From positions 76,080-140,079 of the forward strand of contig CAVBXD010000001.1 in NCBI GenBank assembly GCA_963599465.1: a stretch of DNA of 64,000 bases, given 5' to 3'. Source of the DNA: Oscillospiraceae bacterium (lineage in GTDB: Bacteria > Bacteroidota > Bacteroidia > Bacteroidales > Bacteroidaceae). The notes under the pieces are model-generated. The model made no database searches. It saw only the letters and a program-made list of their open reading frames with translations, and had not been told where the DNA came from. Made by a program: the position numbers and the translations under genes. Positions 39,369-47,671 of this stretch are shown here, in pieces. The first letter of the stretch is position 1, and each line of letters starts with the position of its first letter.

Positions 39369-40727
39369 ATGTCAGAAGAAAGAGCCAGTTTTGGCAGTAA
39401 GATTGGGATGATACTTGCCACGGCGGGCGGTGCCGTGGGTCTGGGTAACATTTGGCGTTTCCCGTATATGACGGGTCAGAATGGTGGCGCCGTATTCATT
39501 TTTATTTATATTGGTTGCGTATTGTTGTTTGGCATCCCCTGCATGGTGTCTGAGTTCATTATCGGCAGGCATGGTGCCGCCAATACTTACCGCGCCTATT
39601 CGCGCATGGCGCATGGCAAGGCGTGGAAGTTCGTAGGATTGCTTGGCGTGCTCACGGGATTCTTAATCACCGGTTACTATGCCGTAATCTCCGGTTGGTG
39701 CCTGCAATATGTCTATGCGTCTATAATGGGGCAATTGAATGGAGACCCCGATTTCGTGAAGCAATACTTCGTCAACTTCTCTTCCAATCCGGTACAGCCA
39801 TTGTTCTGGCTCGTGATCATAATGCTCATGACCCATTTTGTCATCATTCATGGTGTTAGGGGTGGAATAGAGAAAGCGTCGAAAATGATGATGCCGACAT
39901 TGTTTATATTGTTGTTGGTCATCGTTGTCGCATCGTGCCTGTTGCCTAACGCGAGCAAGGGTGTGCTGTATCTTTTCAAGCCCGATTTGTCAAGGGTAGA
40001 CCGTGGCGTGTTCCTTGGCGCTTTGGGCCAGAGCTTCTTCTCGTTGAGCATTGCCATGGGTTGCATATCCACTTATGCTTCTTATTTCACGAGGCAGACC
40101 AATCTCGTGAAGTCGGCAGTGCAGATATGTACTATCGATTCCATTGTGGCAATCCTCGCAGGCCTTATGATTTTCCCTGCCGCGTTTTCCGTAGGCGTCA
40201 GCCCCGACAGTGGTCCGTCCTTGATTTTCATTACCTTGCCAAATGTCTTCAACGAGGCGTTCGCAGGCTTGCCGTTGTTAGGATGGGTTGTGTCGTTGCT
40301 GTTTTACCTCTTGCTGTCACTGGCAGCCCTCACCTCGTTGATTTCCTTGCATGAGGTGTCCACGGCGTTCTTCTATGAGGAGCTGCGCATCTCTCGTAAG
40401 AAAGGAGCTGTCATCGTTACCGTAGCGTGCGCCATTATCGGCGCTTTTTGCTCTTTGTCGTTTGGCGGTTGCAAAGGGTTGATGATAGCCGGAAAATCGT
40501 TGTTCGATGTTTTCGACTTCGTTACCGGACAAATATTCTTGCCTGTCGGTGGTTTCCTTACGTGCATATTCATTGGCTGGTTCGTGCCAAAGAAGTTGGT
40601 CAAGGATGAATTTACCAATTGGGGCACTGTATCACGTCGCATTTTCGGCGTTTACCTCTTCCTTGTGCGCTTTGTTGCGCCATTGTTTATCCTTGCGATA
40701 TTCTTGCACCAGTTTGACATAATCTAA
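39369..40727 (+). CDS. Sodium-dependent transporter (NSS/SNF family)
   Basis: AVGLGNIWRFPY, GQSFFSLS, GPSLIFITLP. Confidence 0.94.
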   Translation: MSEERASFGSKIGMILATAGGAVGLGNIWRFPYMTGQNGGAVFIFIYIGCVLLFGIPCMVSEFIIGRHGAANTYRAYSRMAHGKAWKFVGLLGVLTGFLITGYYAVISGWCLQYVYASIMGQLNGDPDFVKQYFVNFSSNPVQPLFWLVIIMLMTHFVIIHGVRGGIEKASKMMMPTLFILLLVIVVASCLLPNASKGVLYLFKPDLSRVDRGVFLGALGQSFFSLSIAMGCISTYASYFTRQTNLVKSAVQICTIDSIVAILAGLMIFPAAFSVGVSPDSGPSLIFITLPNVFNEAFAGLPLLGWVVSLLFYLLLSLAALTSLISLHEVSTAFFYEELRISRKKGAVIVTVACAIIGAFCSLSFGGCKGLMIAGKSLFDVFDFVTGQIFLPVGGFLTCIFIGWFVPKKLVKDEFTNWGTVSRRIFGVYLFLVRFVAPLFILAIFLHQFDII

Positions 40728-40738
40728 AATCAGGAACC

Positions 40739-42082
40739 ATGGAAAGAGGCAATTTCGGAACGAAGATAGGCGTTGTGTTGGCCACCGCCGGCTCAGCGGT
40801 GGGATTGGGCAACATTTGGCGTTTCCCTTACATGACCGGTCAGGATGGCGGTGCGGCGTTTATCATCATTTATCTGCTGTGCATAGTATTGCTTGGCGTA
40901 CCAGGCGTGGTGGCGGAGTTTATCGTTGGCCGTCACGGTTCCGCCAATGCCGCCCGTTCGTATGCCCGTGCCGGTGGCGGCAAGGCATGGGCGGTAGTGG
41001 GGTTCATTGGTGCCATGACCTCGTTGGTAATCTTGGGCTTCTATTCCGTCATTGCCGGATGGTGCTTGCAGTATCTCTATGCGAGCATCATGGGAAACAT
41101 TAATGGTGACGCGGCTTATGTGCAAGAGTACTTCAATAAGTTCACGTCGTCGCCCATGGAGCCTATCGTGTGGACTATTGCTTTCGTCGTCATTACCCAT
41201 CTTGTGGTGGTGCGTGGCGTTAGACGAGGTATAGAGAAGGTGAGCAACGTGCTCATGCCCACGTTGTTTGTGTTGTTGCTCATCATCGTGGCGGCATCGT
41301 GCTCGTTGCCTAACGCATGGAAAGGCATAACGTTTCTTTTCCATCCCGACTTCTCAAAGGTTGACCATCAGGTAATCTTTGACGGCTTGGGTCAGGCTTT
41401 CTTCTCCTTGTCGCTTGGCACGGCGTGTCTCTGCACCTATTCGTCTTATTTCACCCGTCAAACCAATCTCTTGCAATCATCGTTAAAGGTTGCGCTGGTC
41501 GATACCTTGGTTGCGGTGCTCGCTGGCCTGATGATTTTTCCTGCGGCATTCTCCGTTGGCATAAATCCCGACAGCGGTCCCTCCCTTATCTTCATCACGT
41601 TGCCCAACGTGTTTCAGCAGGCTTTCACGCCAGTGCTTGGATATGTTGTTGGGGTGTTGTTCTACGCTTTGCTTGCCCTTGCCGCCCTTACCTCGACCAT
41701 CTCCATGCACGAGATAGGCACGGCTCTCTTCTTTGAGGAACTGCACGTGTCGCGTAAGAAAGGAGCTGCCTTGGAAACATCCATAGCCATATTGATTGGC
41801 ATAGTATGCTCGCTTTCGTGCGGAGCGGTAGACATCACGGTGTTCGGAAAGAGTTTTCTCAACTTCTGCGACTTCCTAACCTCCAACATTCTTCTTCCGC
41901 TCGGCTCGTTTGCCACTTGCATTCTCGTTGGCTGGGTGGCGAACAAAAAGTTAGTCAGGGATGAGTTTACCAATTATGGTACGGTCTCAGTCGCCGTCTA
42001 TAAGGTTTGGCTCTTCCTCGTGCGTTTTGTCTCGCCATTGTGCATCGCCACTGTATTCTTGCATCAATTAGGATTGTTCTGA
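40739..42082 (+). CDS. Sodium-dependent transporter (NSS/SNF family), tandem paralog
   Basis: AVGLGNIWRFPY, GQAFFSLS, GPSLIFITLP. Confidence 0.94.
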   Translation: MERGNFGTKIGVVLATAGSAVGLGNIWRFPYMTGQDGGAAFIIIYLLCIVLLGVPGVVAEFIVGRHGSANAARSYARAGGGKAWAVVGFIGAMTSLVILGFYSVIAGWCLQYLYASIMGNINGDAAYVQEYFNKFTSSPMEPIVWTIAFVVITHLVVVRGVRRGIEKVSNVLMPTLFVLLLIIVAASCSLPNAWKGITFLFHPDFSKVDHQVIFDGLGQAFFSLSLGTACLCTYSSYFTRQTNLLQSSLKVALVDTLVAVLAGLMIFPAAFSVGINPDSGPSLIFITLPNVFQQAFTPVLGYVVGVLFYALLALAALTSTISMHEIGTALFFEELHVSRKKGAALETSIAILIGIVCSLSCGAVDITVFGKSFLNFCDFLTSNILLPLGSFATCILVGWVANKKLVRDEFTNYGTVSVAVYKVWLFLVRFVSPLCIATVFLHQLGLF

Positions 42083-42086
42083 CGTC

Positions 42087-43010
42087 ATGCGTCTCCGCGA
42101 TTTCCATTACATTCGCCGTGCCGACCGCCGTGCCATTAGTTTCTTGTTGATGGTAATGATAGTGGTAAGTCTCGCCCTGTTGGTTTTCCATGGCAAGGAG
42201 ACCATGTATACCAGCTCGGGCGAAGACGACTCAACCACGATGCGTTGGGACGATGAGCGTCATGGTTATCATAATTATAAACGCGGAAGAGGCAATCGGT
42301 ATTATGCGGTGCCCGGACGCACGGTAAGCCGTTTCCCATTCGACCCCAACACTGCCGACTCCACCGAGTTGCTTGCCCTTGGCTTGGAACCTTGGCAGGT
42401 GCGAAACATTTATAAATATCGTGCCAAGGGTGGCGTTTATAGGAAAAAGGAGGATTTCGCCCGCGTCTACGGGCTTACCAACAAGCAGTTTCGTGAGCTT
42501 GCGCCATTGATACGCATAGGTTCCGATTATCAGCCTTACTCGGATCGAGGTTATCAGAATGTTCCTTACGGGTGCGCTCCCGACAGTGTGCCAGGTCGAC
42601 GTTTCCCCGCGAAACTGAGACCTGGTGAGCGCATAGAATTGAACGATGCCGACACGACGATACTTATGAAGGTGCCAGGCATTGGCTCGTATTTCGCCCG
42701 TCAGATAGTTAGATATCGAAAGAAGTTGGGTGGTTACTATTCGCGCGATCAGCTCCTTGAAATACAGGACATGCCTAAAGAAGCTCTTGAATATTTTGAG
42801 GTTGACCCTGGCACAGTGCATAGGTTGAATGTTAACAAGCTGACGTTGGAAGATCTCAGGCGACATCCTTATATCAATTATTATCAGGCTAAAGCCATTG
42901 TGGACTATCGGCGTTTGTACGGTGAGATACACGACATTGAACAACTAAAACTTATGAAGGATTTTACGCCCGACTATTTTGAACGTCTAAGATATTATAT
43001 AGAATATTAG
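42087..43010 (+). CDS. Membrane-anchored helix-hairpin-helix (ComEA-like) protein
   Basis: N-terminal TM and three HhH units (FDPNTAD, IELNDAD..VPGIG, LNVNKLT). Confidence 0.85.
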   Translation: MRLRDFHYIRRADRRAISFLLMVMIVVSLALLVFHGKETMYTSSGEDDSTTMRWDDERHGYHNYKRGRGNRYYAVPGRTVSRFPFDPNTADSTELLALGLEPWQVRNIYKYRAKGGVYRKKEDFARVYGLTNKQFRELAPLIRIGSDYQPYSDRGYQNVPYGCAPDSVPGRRFPAKLRPGERIELNDADTTILMKVPGIGSYFARQIVRYRKKLGGYYSRDQLLEIQDMPKEALEYFEVDPGTVHRLNVNKLTLEDLRRHPYINYYQAKAIVDYRRLYGEIHDIEQLKLMKDFTPDYFERLRYYIEY

Positions 43011-43027
43011 CGAAAAACGATAACACC

Positions 43028-43498
43028 ATGAAAAAGCTTCTGTTTACATTATTATTTACGCTGACTTGCCAGATGGCTTTCTGTCAGCAGGCGGGCAGCC
43101 TTTTTAATGAGTTCATGGACAAGAAACATGCGGAGTGTGTCAGCGTGCCAAAACTCATGCTGACCATTGCCGCCGCCAAAATGAAAGAAGGCAATGTCAA
43201 CGCCCTGCTCAAGCAAGTGGATGAGATAAAGGTCTTGAAACTTACCGACTGCTCGGGCAGCGTGAAGAAGAAGTTTGTCAAGAAAGTCAAGGCTCTCGAC
43301 GATGACGGTTACAGTGAGTTGACCGGCATGAAGAAAGGCAACAACGAAGGCATGAGCATCCTTGTAAAGCAGAAAGGCGACATCATAAAGGAGGTTGTAG
43401 CCCTGTCGTCGGGCAGCAACTCTTGCGTGGGCATATTGCTTACGGGTGACATCAACGCGGAGGACATAGCTGCGCTTATAGGCATTGTCAACGATTGA
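43028..43498 (+). CDS. DUF4252-like exported protein
   Basis: Signal peptide; size and pattern (VSVPKLM, ILVKQKGDIIKEVV, LTGDI). Confidence 0.7.
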   Translation: MKKLLFTLLFTLTCQMAFCQQAGSLFNEFMDKKHAECVSVPKLMLTIAAAKMKEGNVNALLKQVDEIKVLKLTDCSGSVKKKFVKKVKALDDDGYSELTGMKKGNNEGMSILVKQKGDIIKEVVALSSGSNSCVGILLTGDINAEDIAALIGIVND

Positions 43499-43561
43499 GA
43501 ATAACGATTTTGCACCACACGAATCAACGAAGAACCAATCTTTTTAAATCCGTGTGAAATG

Positions 43562-43599
43562 AAAAGAGAAGCAACCGTAAAACGATTGCTTCTCTTTTT
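43562..43599. terminator. Bidirectional terminator between DUF4252 and tRNA-Pro
   Basis: AAAAGAGAAGCAA / TTGCTTCTCTTTT arms. Confidence 0.75.
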
Positions 43600-43604
43600 G
43601 CTTG

Positions 43605-43677
43605 TCGGGATGACCGGACTCGAACTGGCGACCCCTACGTCCCGAACGTAGTGCGCTACCAACTGCGCTACATCCCG
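43605..43677 (-). tRNA. tRNA-Pro (CGG)
   Basis: CGGGATG acceptor stem, anticodon arm CTACG-TTCGGGA-CGTAG, GTTCGAGT T-loop. Confidence 0.96.
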
Positions 43678-43839
43678 ATTGTGTGTGCAAAGGTATCATT
43701 TTTTTTCAGAAAGACGAAATAAAACGATAAAAAAAAGAATTTTGAAAAAAAACGCCGAAAAGTTTGTGGGGTTTAAGAAAAAGTATTACCTTTGCACTCG
43801 CAAAAAGGGAACAACAAGTTAACACTTTGCAAAACATAC

Positions 43840-43912
43840 GGTACCTTAGCTCAGGTGGTAGAGCAATGGACTGAAAATCCATGTGTCCTTGGTTCAACTC
43901 CAAGAGGTACCA
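43840..43912 (+). tRNA. tRNA-Phe (GAA)
   Basis: GGTACCT/AGGTACC acceptor stem, ATGGA-CTGAAAA-TCCAT anticodon arm, GGTTCAACTCC; TACCTTTG promoter element at 43787-43794. Confidence 0.96.
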
Positions 43913-43929
43913 CTTCCTCCTTTCATTCT

Positions 43930-43968
43930 AATCCGGTTAATGACTTCGGTCTGTGCCGGATTTTTTTT
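43930..43968 (+). terminator. Terminator after tRNA-Phe
   Basis: AATCCGG...CCGGATT followed by a T-run. Confidence 0.7.
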
Positions 43969-44019
43969 GTGCCCAGTTGTTGTCTGCGGTGTTTGCAAAG
44001 CGTTGAAAGTCAGAGGGTT

Positions 44020-44106
44020 TGCCTTTACGTTTAAATGCCGATGTCTTTATAGTGTAAAGGCATCGGCATTTAAACGTAAAGGCAGTGCCGTTTCAGCGTA
44101 AAGCCA
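44020..44106. repeat. 24-bp inverted repeat plus 22-bp periodic units (diverged variant of the 15170/55212 family)
   Basis: TGCCTTTACGTTTAAATGCCGATG (44020-44043) pairs with 44061-44084; GTAAAG recurs at 44054, 44076, 44098. Confidence 0.9.
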
Positions 44107-44133
44107 AAAGACGTGCATTGCGCTGATAGGCGG

Positions 44134-45420
44134 TTATTTCTTCACCTCCTTGCGTCCTTTATGGATGTAGACGCCATGACTTGGCGTGCTGACGCGTTGT
44201 CCCGAGAGCGTGTAATAATTGTTGTCTGTATTGCCCTTGTCGTTGGAGGTGATGTTTTTGATGCTTGAAGTGGAGCTGGCAAACTTGCAAAGCTCTGTAA
44301 GGGCGGAGCAGGCCTTGCCGCTGTTGCTGTCGAAGAGTGGAGCGTTGTACCACCCCGAGAGGCTCGTGCCTTTGGCGTTGTACTCTGGCCACCACCAGAA
44401 GAAGCCGTTCACGTTGCCATGTTTGTTGAGCATGGTCACCACGTCGGCGGTTATGGCCTTCTGGCCAGCGTCAGAGTATGGATATGTAGCGGTGTAGTTG
44501 TATGTCGTGCCGTTTACCGCCCATGCGTAAGGATAGCCGAACTCCACCACCATGATGCTCTTGTCGGCGTAGTCTTTCTCCAAGAGGTTGATGGCACCTT
44601 CCAGTTCGGAGATGGCACCGTGGAAATACGGATAATAGCTCAAGCCGATGATGTCGTAGTCTATGTTCGCCGCCTTCATCTTCTTGTAGAAATTGCTTAG
44701 GGCTGCGTAGCTCTTGTTGTCTTTCTGCTGCGAGACGGACGTGCGTTCCACGTGGATAATGATCTTGGCGTCGGGGCATTCCTCGCGACACGCTTTTGTG
44801 GCTTGCGTCAGGAAGTTTGTGAAGCGTGTCCAGTTTTCAGTAGATGAAGAAGGCCAGCATTGTTTAAGCGTGCCGTTTACTTCTCCCCACATCATGCCGT
44901 AGCTTATCTCGTTGCCGGTCTGTATCATGTCTGGCTCGGCACCTGCTGCTTTGAGTTGAGCGAGCACGTCCTTGGTGTAGTCGTATAGTTTTTGTGTGAG
45001 TGCCTCGTCGTCAAGGCTCGCCCATGCTGCCGGTGTCCACTGTTTGGCAGGGTCTGCCCACGTGTCGGAATAGTGGAAGTCGAGCATGAATTTCAGTCCT
45101 TTGTCCTTTATGCGCTTGCCCAAAGCCTTGACCCAATCCAGGTCTTGGCAAACGTTTTCATCGGTATACCACTTGCCGTTGCTGTCAGTGGTTTGCTTGT
45201 TCGGGTTCACGAAGAGGCGCACTCGCATGGCGTTCATGCCTTTGTCTTTGAAAAAGGTGAGCACGTCGCTAATGCCCTCGCCATCGTGAGTGTAATATTG
45301 CGATCCCGCTTCTTCATATTTAGGCAGCATGGAAATGTCGCCGCCCGCGTATTTCTGCGCTGTGGCTGTCGTGCTGGCGAGGAGCAGCATCGAAATAAGA
45401 TTAAGTTTAAACGTTTTCAT
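44134..45420 (-). CDS. GH53 endo-beta-1,4-galactanase with T9SS-type C-terminal domain (start set at ATG 45420)
   Basis: GGDIS, RVRLFVNP, LDFHYSDTWADP, QTGNEI, GLSYYPY, VVEFGY; C-terminus YYTLSGQRV...GVYIHKGRK. Confidence 0.92.
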   Translation of the reverse strand: MKTFKLNLISMLLLASTTATAQKYAGGDISMLPKYEEAGSQYYTHDGEGISDVLTFFKDKGMNAMRVRLFVNPNKQTTDSNGKWYTDENVCQDLDWVKALGKRIKDKGLKFMLDFHYSDTWADPAKQWTPAAWASLDDEALTQKLYDYTKDVLAQLKAAGAEPDMIQTGNEISYGMMWGEVNGTLKQCWPSSSTENWTRFTNFLTQATKACREECPDAKIIIHVERTSVSQQKDNKSYAALSNFYKKMKAANIDYDIIGLSYYPYFHGAISELEGAINLLEKDYADKSIMVVEFGYPYAWAVNGTTYNYTATYPYSDAGQKAITADVVTMLNKHGNVNGFFWWWPEYNAKGTSLSGWYNAPLFDSNSGKACSALTELCKFASSTSSIKNITSNDKGNTDNNYYTLSGQRVSTPSHGVYIHKGRKEVKK

Positions 45421-45507
45421 GATGATTTGATTTTTATGTATTTGCAGGGACGGGCACAAACCCCGTCCCTTGCCGGTCTGTCATTTCAATACGTTGTGTT
45501 TCGTCGG

Positions 45508-47364
45508 TTATTTTACCACGACCTTCTTGCCTTGGTGGATATACACGCCCTTTTGCGTGGGCTTGTTGGTCATGCGGGAGCCGGAGATGGTATACCAAGA
45601 ATCGTTGCTTTGGGCGTTGGCCTTGATGTTGTTTATGCCTGTAGCGTTGTCTATCACGTTGCCATACACAACATTCACGCCATAATAGTTGCCGTTTTTG
45701 AACTGCATGTCGTTGGTCTGAACGCCGTTGCTGTTGTTTTTCTTGTTAGTGAAAATGATGTTTGTCGGTATGCTCGTCGTTGTTGTCGATACATTGTTCT
45801 TATAGTATTTACCGTCCCATGTCCATTTCCATACGGTCTTGTTGTCAGAGGTGGACCCTACTTTCACGCAATCGCTGCCAGGCCACGTCTTATTCGTGAA
45901 GTTGCCGTTGTTGTTGTCCCATGCCCAACACGTGATGTTGTCACCTTGCCAATTGCTGCTCGTGGGTTGCTCGAAGAAGGCGCAAAGTTCACCCTCGTTG
46001 ACCGTGCAGAATGAAGGGATGATATGGTCGCTGCTTTCTTTCTGGATCTTGTTTACCTCGCTTATGTCGAGACCGTTCGAAACGTAGTATTTGAAGTTCT
46101 CTCCCTCGCATGCCAGTTGGTACCCTGTCGTGTCGTAGGTGGGCGAGCCGAGGAGCAGCAACACGTTGCCCTTGTCGCCTTTCACTATTAGCACGTAGCC
46201 ATTGCTCTGTCCTTCCGACTTTGAGACGGCACTCGTGTTGGTCACCCCGGCTATTTTACGAGCGAGGATGCACCTCTTTATGGTGTATTGGTACGACTGC
46301 CAGTGGCTTATCCATACGCAAGGCGTGCCTGGCATGGCGAGGATGTAGGCATTGGCGGCTTCGATGTTGGCGCGCTGAGGGTCGGGGTTGGCGTGCGGCT
46401 CTCCTGTGTCGTGATTGTCGATGAAAGTAACGGCATATTGTGGCTCTTTTGCCACGAGCGTTCTTGTGGTATAGTTGGCGAGAGTTTTCCAGCTGCCGCC
46501 AAAGGCATCCTTGATCAAGTATTTCATCGGGAAGTCGAAAGCCGCGCTTGTCTTGCCGGTAGCCTCTACCCAGTCTTTCACGCCTCCGTAAGGGTGGTCA
46601 CCGCTCTTACTGTCGGTCACGGTGCCTTGCCAGTACTCACCCACCGAGAATTGCGGCTTGGCGTACTCGTTGTATATCTGCACATATTTCGGGTCAAATC
46701 CCTTCACGAAGTCGTATCTGAAGCCCGTGTAGCCCATCTCGTTGAGAAGGAAGTCCTCGTAGGTCTTTATGTTTTGCTGTGTTGTGGCGTTGGTGTGGTC
46801 GAGGTCGCGGCAGCCACCGTCGCCAAGACCTGTATCTGCCGCGCCCGTGATCTTCCCCTTTGCCTCTGACCCCGTGCCCGTGTTGGCCTCGTCGTCTTTG
46901 CAAATCTGCGCATAGCTTGTGTTGTCCCACGACACCGAGTAGGTCTTGCCGGTGTTCTTGCCTGTGACGGTCTCGTTGGCGAAGTCGCACCATTTGCTCA
47001 CGCCGTTCTTGTGGTTTACCACCACGTCGGCAATGATGCCAGTGCCTTTCGCCTTGAAGGTGCTTATCATCGTTCTCAGCTCTTGTTCGGTGCCGAAGGC
47101 GCTTTTCTGGTCGAACCAATATATGGGATAATAGCCCATGTTGTATGAGCTCTTGCACCATCCGCTTTGCGGCACCCATATAAGGTCGAAATATTTTGAA
47201 AGCGTTTCGGCTTGGGAGGTGAGATTCGCCCACTGCGTGTCAGTGTAACTGTCCCAGTAGAACCCTTGCAACATCACGCCGCCGTAGCCGGCAGGCCATC
47301 CTTGTGCCATGATGCCAAGAGGCAGGCCCATTAGTGTCAATAAGAGAGTAAAAAGTTGTTTCAT
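45508..47364 (-). CDS. GH13 alpha-amylase with starch-binding module and T9SS-type C-terminal domain
   Basis: MLQGFYW, DVVVNH, GFRYDFVKG, VGEYW, FIDNHD; Trp-rich CBM26-like region; C-terminus WYTISG...GVYIHQGKKVVVK. Confidence 0.92.
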   Translation of the reverse strand: MKQLFTLLLTLMGLPLGIMAQGWPAGYGGVMLQGFYWDSYTDTQWANLTSQAETLSKYFDLIWVPQSGWCKSSYNMGYYPIYWFDQKSAFGTEQELRTMISTFKAKGTGIIADVVVNHKNGVSKWCDFANETVTGKNTGKTYSVSWDNTSYAQICKDDEANTGTGSEAKGKITGAADTGLGDGGCRDLDHTNATTQQNIKTYEDFLLNEMGYTGFRYDFVKGFDPKYVQIYNEYAKPQFSVGEYWQGTVTDSKSGDHPYGGVKDWVEATGKTSAAFDFPMKYLIKDAFGGSWKTLANYTTRTLVAKEPQYAVTFIDNHDTGEPHANPDPQRANIEAANAYILAMPGTPCVWISHWQSYQYTIKRCILARKIAGVTNTSAVSKSEGQSNGYVLIVKGDKGNVLLLLGSPTYDTTGYQLACEGENFKYYVSNGLDISEVNKIQKESSDHIIPSFCTVNEGELCAFFEQPTSSNWQGDNITCWAWDNNNGNFTNKTWPGSDCVKVGSTSDNKTVWKWTWDGKYYKNNVSTTTTSIPTNIIFTNKKNNSNGVQTNDMQFKNGNYYGVNVVYGNVIDNATGINNIKANAQSNDSWYTISGSRMTNKPTQKGVYIHQGKKVVVK

Positions 47365-47475
47365 ATTACGATGTTAAGCTATTAAATTTTGTTTGCGGTA
47401 TAAAGTGTGACACGAAATTAAAAAATAATATAATGTAGCTTTTGCATGACCTATATCAATTTAATATAATTTATG

Positions 47476-47556
47476 CGCAAACGTTTGCGTGATATATTAA
47501 ATGAAGGTGCTGGTGAAATGTCATTTGCATGAAATTGCTACGTGCAAACGTTTGCA
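47476..47556. promoter_or_regulatory. Two palindromic LacI-family-like operators
   Basis: CGCAAACGTTTGCG (47476-47489) and TGCAAACGTTTGCA (47543-47556); susC -7 element TAACTTTG at 47611-47618. Confidence 0.78.
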
Positions 47557-47671
47557 TTTGCGTTGTTGCGCTTTTGCGTTAAAAATTGATACAGGTCAAT
47601 GTAATAGATGTAACTTTGCAACTAGAAAACAGAAAAACTAAAATACAAATTATAATCTTAATTAAAAGCAA

